NCBI GenBank assembly: GCA_021775475.1
Contig: JAJFHS010000028.1
Span: 15,729-79,728, forward strand
Origin: Hyphomicrobiales bacterium
GTDB taxonomy: Bacteria > Pseudomonadota > Alphaproteobacteria > Rhizobiales > JAJFHR01
Direction: 5' to 3'
DNA length: 64,000 bases
Position 1 is the stretch's first letter, and every line of letters begins with the position of its first letter. Positions 43,052-50,453 of the stretch are shown here, one piece after another. The notes under the pieces are model-generated. The model was not told the origin of the DNA, made no database searches, and saw nothing but the letters and a program-made list of their open reading frames with translations. The translations under genes and the position numbers were made by a program.

Positions 43052-44484
43052 CAGGAATTATGCTCCTCAAGTCTTGCGCGCATTTCGCGCAGCACATCGC
43101 GATCATCAATTACCCGGCGCGCCTTGAAATCGGTTCTTTCAATCGAATTAGGTGCGACGATCTCGACCACAGCGCGCAGGCCGAGAATTTTGTGCAGATG
43201 GGTGGCAGCAACACCCTGAAAAGCCGCTATGCTTTGTGGCCCGGATTGCCAGACACTTGTATCGGCTTCCAGCGTGACGGCGATTTCATCCATACTGCCT
43301 TCGCGGGTGATCAAAATACGGTGCTCACCACCATAGGAGGGCAGTTGGTTGAGGGCGGCATCAATTTCGCTTGGATAGACGTTTTCGCCGCGGATGGTGA
43401 ACATGTCATCAATGCGGCCGATGATGCCCAACGGTAGACGTGGGTAGGTGCGGCCACAGGGGTTGGGCCCGTCCTGCCACAAGGTGAGATCGCCTGATTC
43501 CATTCGGATCATCGGTTGTGAGGTGCGCTCAAGATGGGTGTAAACCGGCGTGCCGCGCGATCCATACGGCACACGCACATGAGTTTTGGGATCGCACACT
43601 TCGGTATAGACAATATCCTGCCAGCACAGCATACCTGAGGTTTCAAACGATCCGCCCACATGCATCCACGGGGTCATTTCTGCCATTGATCCGCTGTCGA
43701 AAACTTTGGCACCATAAAGCTCCTGTATTTTGTCGCGCACGCTGGGAATGGAGGCTCCGGGTTCGCCAGAAAAGAACATATAGCGCAAGCCGAAATCACG
43801 CGGGTTAAGGCCATTGTCAATGGCTGTTTGGGCCAGATGCAGGGCATAGGTGGGGGTGCCGTAAAAACCAGCCGGTTTGAGAGTGTTGAGCCACTGGGCG
43901 CAACGTGCCGACATGCCGGTGGCACCGGCACCGAACGGAAAAGCCTTGGCACCAAGACGCTCGGCCCCGGCCAGCGCCCCCCAACTGCCCATATACAGAC
44001 TGAAAATGGCAGCGACACAGATAATGTCGCCGGGCCGCATGCCCATCGCCCACATAATACGGGCATGGGCATTGGCGATAGATCGCCAGTCATCGCGACC
44101 GATGGCGAAAGCCGTTGGCGTGCCGGTGGTGCCGCTGGTGCCGTGAATATGATAGATTTCATCTTGAGGGATACACAGGTAATCACCAAAGGGGGTGTGA
44201 TTTTCCTGTGATGCGCGTATTTCAGCTTTTCTGATAACCGGAACGCGGGCTTCAAAATCCTCCAGTGATTTCAACTGCGAGGGATGAAACCCGGCCTCGT
44301 CCCATCTGGTGCGGTAGAAGCCCGCGTTTTCATAAGCGTAAGCGCAAATCTCCTGTAGCCGCTTTAAAATATGCCCCTCGCGTTCGCCTGCGGGCATTGT
44401 TTCGCGCGCCGTAAACCAGTAGCGGCTGTCAGGCGGCGGCATATAGCTGTCATCGTACTTTGGCGGGAACGACCATTGTTCCAT
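43051..44484 (-). CDS. phenylacetate-CoA ligase (PaaK)-family acyl-CoA ligase, candidate 2-hydroxyisobutyrate-CoA ligase (Hcl-like)
   Basis: 477 aa. HGTSGTTGTPT AMP-binding loop and PaaK-like length and architecture. It sits between the two mutase subunit genes. Confidence 0.65.
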   Translation of the reverse strand: MEQWSFPPKYDDSYMPPPDSRYWFTARETMPAGEREGHILKRLQEICAYAYENAGFYRTRWDEAGFHPSQLKSLEDFEARVPVIRKAEIRASQENHTPFGDYLCIPQDEIYHIHGTSGTTGTPTAFAIGRDDWRSIANAHARIMWAMGMRPGDIICVAAIFSLYMGSWGALAGAERLGAKAFPFGAGATGMSARCAQWLNTLKPAGFYGTPTYALHLAQTAIDNGLNPRDFGLRYMFFSGEPGASIPSVRDKIQELYGAKVFDSGSMAEMTPWMHVGGSFETSGMLCWQDIVYTEVCDPKTHVRVPYGSRGTPVYTHLERTSQPMIRMESGDLTLWQDGPNPCGRTYPRLPLGIIGRIDDMFTIRGENVYPSEIDAALNQLPSYGGEHRILITREGSMDEIAVTLEADTSVWQSGPQSIAAFQGVAATHLHKILGLRAVVEIVAPNSIERTDFKARRVIDDRDVLREMRARLEEHNS

Positions 44485-44495
44485 AATCTTTATCC

Positions 44496-44906
44496 TTACC
44501 TGGGGCCGCGTTCGGCAACCAGCTGTTGCAGCGAGGCGATGATCTCCTTAGGCGGAGTATCTTGCAGCATCACCAAAGCCACACCCATTTTTTTGATGGC
44601 AACAACATCTTCATCGGGCATGACACCGCCAGCAACAACGATCAGGTCATTGACATTTTTTTCTTTCAACAGCGCAAATATTTTTGGAAAAACCGTTAAC
44701 TGTACACCAGACAAAAGACTAACGCCGAGGATGTCGACATCCTCCTGAACAGCGGCGATGACCACTTCTTCCGGGGTGCGGTGAAGACCGGAATAGACCA
44801 CATCCATGCCGGCATCGCGCAAAGTTCGGGCTACGACCTTGATGCCACGGTCATGGCCATCAAGGCCAACTTTTGCCAGCAAAACTCTGATTGCCGTTGA
44901 CGCCAT
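44496..44906 (-). CDS. hcmB: acyl-CoA mutase small subunit (cobalamin-binding domain), HcmB-like
   Basis: DGHDRG (D-x-H-x2-G) B12-binding motif and a Rossmann-like fold. ATG at 44906 (136 aa) has an AGGGGGA RBS; the track ORF extends to TTG 44936. Confidence 0.8.
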   Translation of the reverse strand: MASTAIRVLLAKVGLDGHDRGIKVVARTLRDAGMDVVYSGLHRTPEEVVIAAVQEDVDILGVSLLSGVQLTVFPKIFALLKEKNVNDLIVVAGGVMPDEDVVAIKKMGVALVMLQDTPPKEIIASLQQLVAERGPR

Positions 44907-44927
44907 AACCCATCCCCCTGTCATTTC

Positions 44928-44976
44928 GCATACCAAATTTCGTATACAGAATGCTGTTTTGACGCTATAGTGTCAA
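44928..44976. promoter_or_regulatory. two palindromes in the hcmB / gntR divergent region (candidate GntR operators)
   Basis: GCATACCAAATTTCGTATAC (44928-44947, 16/20 self-complementary, GT..AC type) and TTGACGCTATAGTGTCAA (44959-44976, 16/18 self-complementary). Confidence 0.4.
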
Positions 44977-45015
44977 GCAGACATATGGTTACAACCGTCA
45001 GGGGAAAAGTTTTCA

Positions 45016-45666
45016 ATGGAAACACTGACACCGGCAAAATCGCTGGTACAAATGACCTATGAAGCAATCCTGGACGAAATTTGCACTGGGTCTTTGACGC
45101 CGGGCACGCGGTTATCGCAAGACCACCTGGCAGCCCAACTCAATGTTTCGCGCCAACCGGTGAACAGTGCAATTACCATGCTGAAAGCACAAAACTTTGT
45201 TGAAGATACCGGTCGGCGTGGCGTCGTTGTGGCTGCGGTTGACAGGAAACTGTTTGATGCAATTTACCAGTTTCGCGCGGCCATAGATCCGCTGGCCGTC
45301 GAACTGTCTATTAAACGTATGGCTGAAAAAGACATTGCAGAGGCACGTGAAATCATTGCCCGCGGCAAGGCTTGCGTTGAGGCTGCTCAAAGCCAGGCGG
45401 TTTTGCAGGCGGACATAGATTTTCATTCCCTGATTTATCAACTCAGTGGCAATGCCATCATTATTGATACGATGCATTTGAACTGGCGGCATCTGCAAAG
45501 GTCAATGAGAAAAGTCTTGCAACACCCCGGCATGACGGCCCAAGTGTGGAGTGAACACGAACAGATTTTTGATGCGATGGTGGCAGGCAAAACCGCGCAG
45601 GCAACCGCACTCATGCGCGCCCATGTTCGCGATGCCCCAAACAGGATTTCCAACCCAAAAGGGTAG
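45016..45666 (+). CDS. GntR family transcriptional regulator (FadR/FCD subfamily)
   Basis: N-terminal wHTH (LSQDHLAAQLNVSRQPVNSAITMLKAQNFV) and an all-helical FCD-like C-terminal domain. Confidence 0.85.
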   Translation: METLTPAKSLVQMTYEAILDEICTGSLTPGTRLSQDHLAAQLNVSRQPVNSAITMLKAQNFVEDTGRRGVVVAAVDRKLFDAIYQFRAAIDPLAVELSIKRMAEKDIAEAREIIARGKACVEAAQSQAVLQADIDFHSLIYQLSGNAIIIDTMHLNWRHLQRSMRKVLQHPGMTAQVWSEHEQIFDAMVAGKTAQATALMRAHVRDAPNRISNPKG

Positions 45667-45772
45667 TCCAGCTTTAACGAACACGTCTCGACCAATCGTT
45701 TCCTGTTTGGTTCACAGGCAAAAATTGCGGCAATATACCATTGCCTACAGATCACCAGAAGGACACAAAATC

Positions 45773-46156
45773 ATGAATATATTTCAGGTCGCAATGCTTG
45801 GGGCCATCAGCTGTCTGGTCTTGACCATTCCGGCAAACGCCTGGATTGTGGGCGAGCGCGGCGAAGCCAACAGTGTTTTTTTATATGATGAACCAATCGA
45901 AGGCGTCTATCAGAACAACTGGTGGGGCACCGCTGTCAGTTCCGGTGAAACCGGGCAGATCAACGTTTATATCCAAGGCGAAGGTAAGACAGTCGACTTC
46001 GATGGCATATTGAGTTTGAACTGCGAAAACCCATCCGGATATTTCTGGAAAACCGCTTCCAACTTTGAAACGCCCGTCAAAAAGAAGAAGATAATGGAAA
46101 TTTTGCCGCATACTGTCTTACAGAATGCACGCACATTATTCTGCCGGCAAAACTGA
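45773..46156 (+). CDS. hypothetical secreted protein
   Basis: 127 aa from the ATG at 45773. Signal peptide MNIFQVAMLGAISCLVLTIPANA. I recognise no family. The longer track ORF (45551) overlaps the GntR gene and is rejected. Confidence 0.55.
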   Translation: MNIFQVAMLGAISCLVLTIPANAWIVGERGEANSVFLYDEPIEGVYQNNWWGTAVSSGETGQINVYIQGEGKTVDFDGILSLNCENPSGYFWKTASNFETPVKKKKIMEILPHTVLQNARTLFCRQN

Positions 46157-46171
46157 TCTGGCTGCAATCAG

Positions 46172-46819
46172 TTATTTGTCTTTGGCAACGCCAAAATCGA
46201 CGAAGTTCGGGCCACCATAGAAAGGTTTGCCCAGGACATCGCCCAAAAGCAGCCAGCCTGACGCACCATTGGCGCAGGTCAACTTCATCCACTCGTCGAC
46301 AAGCCGTACCTTTGTTGAGGCCTTGGTGTCTTTTTCCAGTGAAGCTTCCATCAAATCCTGATCGGCTGTATAGGTCGTGCCCTTGAAGGTTATCTTGAAC
46401 ATGCCCTCAGCATAATAGGTCAGATAGGTCCATTCATCGCCCACACCAAACGTGATCTTCTCGTCACTGTCGGTTTGTTCGTTGCGCAGCGTCAATGTGG
46501 CCGGTTTCTTGATCACAAAAATCTCTATGGGAATATAGCTGAGAAATTCCAGCTTTGAGGATGTAACACGTTCGCTGTTCCAGGGATGGTAGGTGGCACC
46601 TTTTTTCATCGTACAGTTGATGGTCATGGACGCTTGCGGATCGGGCGTAGTTCGGATCAGTGTCATTACGTTTTGTTCCAGCGTAAACCCGTGGGGGTAT
46701 TCGCCAGCCCAGAAGTCGGTCTTGTACCATGTTGCATCATACGCCAATGCGGTGACGGTCAATAACGGGTAGATTGACAGCAATCCCAAGCTGCAAATAG
46801 CGAGTTTTCCAGATTTCAT
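46172..46819 (-). CDS. hypothetical secreted protein
   Basis: 215 aa. Signal peptide MKSGKLAICSLGLLSIYPLLTVTALA. No recognisable family. Confidence 0.6.
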   Translation of the reverse strand: MKSGKLAICSLGLLSIYPLLTVTALAYDATWYKTDFWAGEYPHGFTLEQNVMTLIRTTPDPQASMTINCTMKKGATYHPWNSERVTSSKLEFLSYIPIEIFVIKKPATLTLRNEQTDSDEKITFGVGDEWTYLTYYAEGMFKITFKGTTYTADQDLMEASLEKDTKASTKVRLVDEWMKLTCANGASGWLLLGDVLGKPFYGGPNFVDFGVAKDK

Positions 46820-46974
46820 TTTGACCTCTTCCAGTATCAGGTGGCCTGATCATCCGTAAGTTCCCATAGGCTCAACTACCTGCAAGGTAGTTCCAGAGCA
46901 GCAACGCGTCAACTCGGTTGACTTTTAGACCAACCTCTCATTTGTCAGCTGACACAGTTAAAACAACGATTTTT

Positions 46975-46988
46975 TTGACCTTGATCAA
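46975..46988. promoter_or_regulatory. FNR/FixK-type box TTGACCTTGATCAA upstream of the Crp/Fnr regulator gene
   Basis: Matches TTGAT-N4-ATCAA at 9/10 positions. The centre is 73 nt upstream of the ATG at 47055 (class II-compatible geometry). Confidence 0.65.
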
Positions 46989-47054
46989 AGAAAAAGTGAG
47001 CCGGAACACCAATACTGCCGACATTGAATTATTCTTCCATAAAAGGAGGCTGCA

Positions 47055-47768
47055 ATGCAAAATTTCACCACCGCGCGGCATGGGTGTGAGGCTGCGGGCT
47101 CTTTTACCTGTATGGCGTCTGCAGATGATAATGGCGATCCCCTTGCACGGCTACCTTATCAGTTGACCGATATAGAAAGCGCTTTGAAACATGTCCGGCG
47201 TGCACCTTATCCAATTATCATTATTTCCAGCGGTGCGGCTGGCTTGCAACATTTTCTCAAAGATGGCCGACGAACCATTTCTACGATATTCCTGACCGGT
47301 GAAGTCCTGGATTTTAGTCAGATACGAGGAAGCGGGGGCTCGTTATGTTGCCTCCTTCCCGGCCAGGTACAAATGTTCAATGCGGTAGATCTGGAAAAAC
47401 TGCGACAGGAAAACCCACAAGCCTGGTCGAGCCTGATGGTTGATAAATTCAGGTGTTGTAGTCAAATCGCCAATCATTCCGTCGACCTTGCCCGCAAGTC
47501 TGCGGTTGAAAAGCTCGCTTCATTTATTTTTGAATGCCGCAACCGTCAGGCTGCCGAGCGTGGCAAACTCATAAACCTGATTTTAAACCGAATTGATATT
47601 GCAGATTATATGGGGTTGAGACCGGAAACACTTTCACGTGCTTTCACAAAACTGAAACAGCTTAAAATGATAGCCTGCGAGTGTGGAGATTGTATTCATA
47701 TTCTCAATGAGCCGGCCTTGCGACAAATTGCAAATGGTGCGGCCGACGAATTTGCCTGCGCGGTATGA
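47055..47768 (+). CDS. Crp/Fnr family transcriptional regulator (FixK-like; no canonical FNR Cys cluster)
   Basis: C-terminal HTH IADYMGLRPETLSRAFTKLK carries the E--SR recognition motif of FNR/FixK proteins that read TTGA-N6-TCAA. AGGAGG RBS. Confidence 0.82.
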   Translation: MQNFTTARHGCEAAGSFTCMASADDNGDPLARLPYQLTDIESALKHVRRAPYPIIIISSGAAGLQHFLKDGRRTISTIFLTGEVLDFSQIRGSGGSLCCLLPGQVQMFNAVDLEKLRQENPQAWSSLMVDKFRCCSQIANHSVDLARKSAVEKLASFIFECRNRQAAERGKLINLILNRIDIADYMGLRPETLSRAFTKLKQLKMIACECGDCIHILNEPALRQIANGAADEFACAV

Positions 47769-47772
47769 ACAC

Positions 47773-49170
47773 TTATGCTCTGGCAGAAATTCCCGCTCTG
47801 GCATTCGCGGGCGCTACCTGTGCGACATCGGGCAGGTAGCAGTTAATTTTGCTCGCTGTTGCCCGTGCTTGTTCTATGCAACTTCCGACAGACACACCGC
47901 CGAGATAATTTCCAGTGACATATAATCCGGGCTGACGCAGGTGCAAAGCCTCTATGGTTGAAACTTTAACGCTGTGCCCGATCTCATATTGCGGGATGCT
48001 GCGCGCCCATTGACGGCAGCGGGAAAAAATCGGCTCGCCACTGATTTCCAACAGATCTGATAGTTCGCGGTGTACCAGATGGCTGAGGTCATTGCTGTTC
48101 AGGCAGGCTGCGTCATGGTTGCCGCTGCCGCCCACATAAGCAGAAATCGAGACAAATCCATCGGGAGCCCTATTGGCAAACATGGTCGAAGGGAATTGCG
48201 CACCGTTGATAATTCCTCCTGACCCTGCCACACTCAAAAACCCCAGACTATCAAGGCGGTGGCTAACCTGCTGGCGGGCATAGGCCAGAAAAATGACGCT
48301 AAGAGGGGGGGCATCAATCGCGGCTGCGGCTGTTGCAGCTGGCTCATCCAATGGCTCAAGCAGGCTGGCGGCAACGTGTGGCTGAACGGCAAAGACAATT
48401 GTTCTGGCTATCAGGTCACCTGATCTGTGAGTCTCTAACCTGTAGCCTTGCGGGTGTTTTGAAACGGATTTGACTGCGGTGCCGGTTTTAATGCAACCGG
48501 CCATCGCGTTAGCCAAAGTCTTCGGCAATGTTGCGATACCATCGCGAAACGAAAACAGTCTTTTACCGGGTTCACCACTGTGTCCGGCGTTAAACACACC
48601 TCGCGTGACAGAACCGAATTGCTGCTCCATTTTCATTAGTTTAGGAAAGGCTGATTGCAAAGATAGCTTGTGAGCGTCCCCCGCAAAAATTCCAGCCACC
48701 AGCGGTGCCATGATTTTTTCGGCAAACTCGATGCCAAAGCGACGGCATATAAAGGCGTGAATGCTTTCATCTTCGTTATTTGTTTTGCGCGGGCGTAGTA
48801 TCTCGGTCATGAGACGAAGCCGCCCACGAACAGACAGATAGGGCGACATCAGGAAACCCGTGCGCTTAATTCCGATGCCGTGCAAGGTACCGCCGTCACG
48901 CAGATAGCGTTTGCGCACACCGAGGCCCAAATCAAGTAGCTGGTTTTCAATATCGAGATTTTTAGTCAATTCCAGCGCTTGCGGCACCAGGGTATTGAGG
49001 GTGGTGGGACCATGTTCCATCAAGAAACCATTGATGCGCTGGGATATGGCATTGCCGCCAACGGTTTGCTGGCGTTCGAGGACAATAACCCGGCGGCCAC
49101 TTCGCTGCAGATCATACGCTGTGGTCAGGCCGGAAATGCCCCCACCTATTATAGCAACATCGTAGGTCAT
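47773..49170 (-). CDS. HemY-type FAD-dependent (copro/proto)porphyrinogen oxidase-like protein
   Basis: 465 aa. DVAIIGGGISGLTTAY...LERQQTVGGN...EHGPTTL dinucleotide-fold N-terminus, and overall length as in HemY/PgoX/CgoX. ATGA overlap with the radical SAM gene. Confidence 0.68.
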   Translation of the reverse strand: MTYDVAIIGGGISGLTTAYDLQRSGRRVIVLERQQTVGGNAISQRINGFLMEHGPTTLNTLVPQALELTKNLDIENQLLDLGLGVRKRYLRDGGTLHGIGIKRTGFLMSPYLSVRGRLRLMTEILRPRKTNNEDESIHAFICRRFGIEFAEKIMAPLVAGIFAGDAHKLSLQSAFPKLMKMEQQFGSVTRGVFNAGHSGEPGKRLFSFRDGIATLPKTLANAMAGCIKTGTAVKSVSKHPQGYRLETHRSGDLIARTIVFAVQPHVAASLLEPLDEPAATAAAAIDAPPLSVIFLAYARQQVSHRLDSLGFLSVAGSGGIINGAQFPSTMFANRAPDGFVSISAYVGGSGNHDAACLNSNDLSHLVHRELSDLLEISGEPIFSRCRQWARSIPQYEIGHSVKVSTIEALHLRQPGLYVTGNYLGGVSVGSCIEQARATASKINCYLPDVAQVAPANARAGISARA

Positions 49171-50453
49171 GACACCTCAGGCCTTTTGATGCCCGGTGGC
49201 ATGCCATTTTTGAACCGCTCTTTGGCCAGACGCGAAAGGTCATCTGCTGTGACCGTTGATCCGCCCTTTGAGCGCACATCTGCCTCAACGCGATTTTTGA
49301 CCATACGGCGAACGAAACCGGGTATGCGGGCAACGCGTTGTTGGGCATCGTCTGTCCAGTTGAGGTTAGTCTCACCGGTTTTCAAAACTTCGATGATTGC
49401 CCCGTTTTGCGGCTGGTATGAACATAGAAAGTCTTCACCCATGAGATCGTTTGAGCGCGCCAGCGGCCGGGCGCGACAACCGCCACACAGTTTTTGAAAT
49501 TCACAAACCCCGCAACGCCCTTCCAGTTGTGGCTGGCGCAGGGCGGTAAAAATCTCACCATCCTGCCAGATGTCGGAAAAACTGTTGTGGCGCAAAGACC
49601 CGCCGGAGGTTTCGATGAACGGACAAGGGGTTACCTCACCTTCGGGTGTGACGCGGGCATATCGTGTGCCGGCAATACAGCCACCGGCTTCATAACCATG
49701 AGCCATGGTGATCGGCCATTCCGGGTCGAGATCAAGCGCCAGTCGTTTGAAATGCGGCGCACATTTAGCGCGCACCATCAATTGCTTTTCATCGTGGGCA
49801 GCCTCGACAACGCGCTTGAGCACCTTGTCGTAATTTTCAATCGAAATATCGGTGTATTTCTCACCACGCCCGGTGCACACCAGAAAAAACACATTGAGCA
49901 CCAAAGCCTGTGCCTGCCGGGCAAAGCTGATCATGTCGTCAATTTCATCTGCGGTATGATCGGTAACCGAAAAATGTATCTGGAAGGCTAGACCTTCTTT
50001 GCGGCAGGCATCTATGGCGGCCATGGTTTTCAACCAGGCACCTCTGCGGCCGCGAAAATCATCATGCTTTTGCGGATCAAGGGAATCGATACTCAGACCA
50101 ATACCGGCAACCCCGGATTTTTTGAGACGCTTTACCCGTTCAGCTGTCAAAGTGATACCGTTGGATCCAATGACGACCATCAGCCCGAGTTTGCTGGCGT
50201 GGGCTGCCAATTCTTCGATGTCTGGGCGCAGCAACGGTTCACCACCGGTCAATACGATCATACACTCCGGCCCAACGCTGGCGATGTCACTGATGGCCCT
50301 TTTTACCTCGTCGGTAGACAATTCATCGGTGCTGCCGTTTTTCAGAATTTCAGCATCAAGATAACAATGCGTGCACGACAGGTTGCACCGTTTTGTCAAA
50401 TTGAAGGCGACAAGAAAAGGTGCCTCTACCGGATTAGAATCTGGTCTAGTCAT
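49167..50453 (-). CDS. radical SAM/SPASM protein of the NirJ/AhbC/AhbD tetrapyrrole-modifying type with a C-terminal BchB-C-terminal-like (PCP_red) module
   Basis: CNLSCTHCY cluster motif, NVFFLVCTGRG and AKCAPHFKR (family hallmarks), SPASM cysteines (GGCIAG...CPF, CGVCEFQKLCGGCRARP), and the tail WTDDAQQRVARIPGFVRRMVKNRVE. The ATG at 50453 overlaps the upstream stop by 8 nt; the track ORF to 50714 is rejected. Confidence 0.78.
   Translation of the reverse strand: MTRPDSNPVEAPFLVAFNLTKRCNLSCTHCYLDAEILKNGSTDELSTDEVKRAISDIASVGPECMIVLTGGEPLLRPDIEELAAHASKLGLMVVIGSNGITLTAERVKRLKKSGVAGIGLSIDSLDPQKHDDFRGRRGAWLKTMAAIDACRKEGLAFQIHFSVTDHTADEIDDMISFARQAQALVLNVFFLVCTGRGEKYTDISIENYDKVLKRVVEAAHDEKQLMVRAKCAPHFKRLALDLDPEWPITMAHGYEAGGCIAGTRYARVTPEGEVTPCPFIETSGGSLRHNSFSDIWQDGEIFTALRQPQLEGRCGVCEFQKLCGGCRARPLARSNDLMGEDFLCSYQPQNGAIIEVLKTGETNLNWTDDAQQRVARIPGFVRRMVKNRVEADVRSKGGSTVTADDLSRLAKERFKNGMPPGIKRPEVS

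Noticed and set aside
43049-43053. Apparent 1-nt discrepancy between my hand count and the ORF track at the MeaB start / ligase stop junction (CATCA)
   Set aside because: It is most likely a counting slip on my side. All other anchors I checked agree with the track, so track coordinates were kept.
44959-44976. Counting TTGACGCTATAGTGTCAA as a fourth FNR/FixK box
   Set aside because: The arms match, but the spacing is N8 instead of N4, which is incompatible with FNR/FixK dimer geometry. It is treated as a separate (GntR?) operator candidate.
45551-45772. Upstream part of ORF 45551..46156
   Set aside because: It overlaps the 3' end of the GntR gene in another frame. The signal peptide starts at the internal ATG 45773, which has its own RBS.
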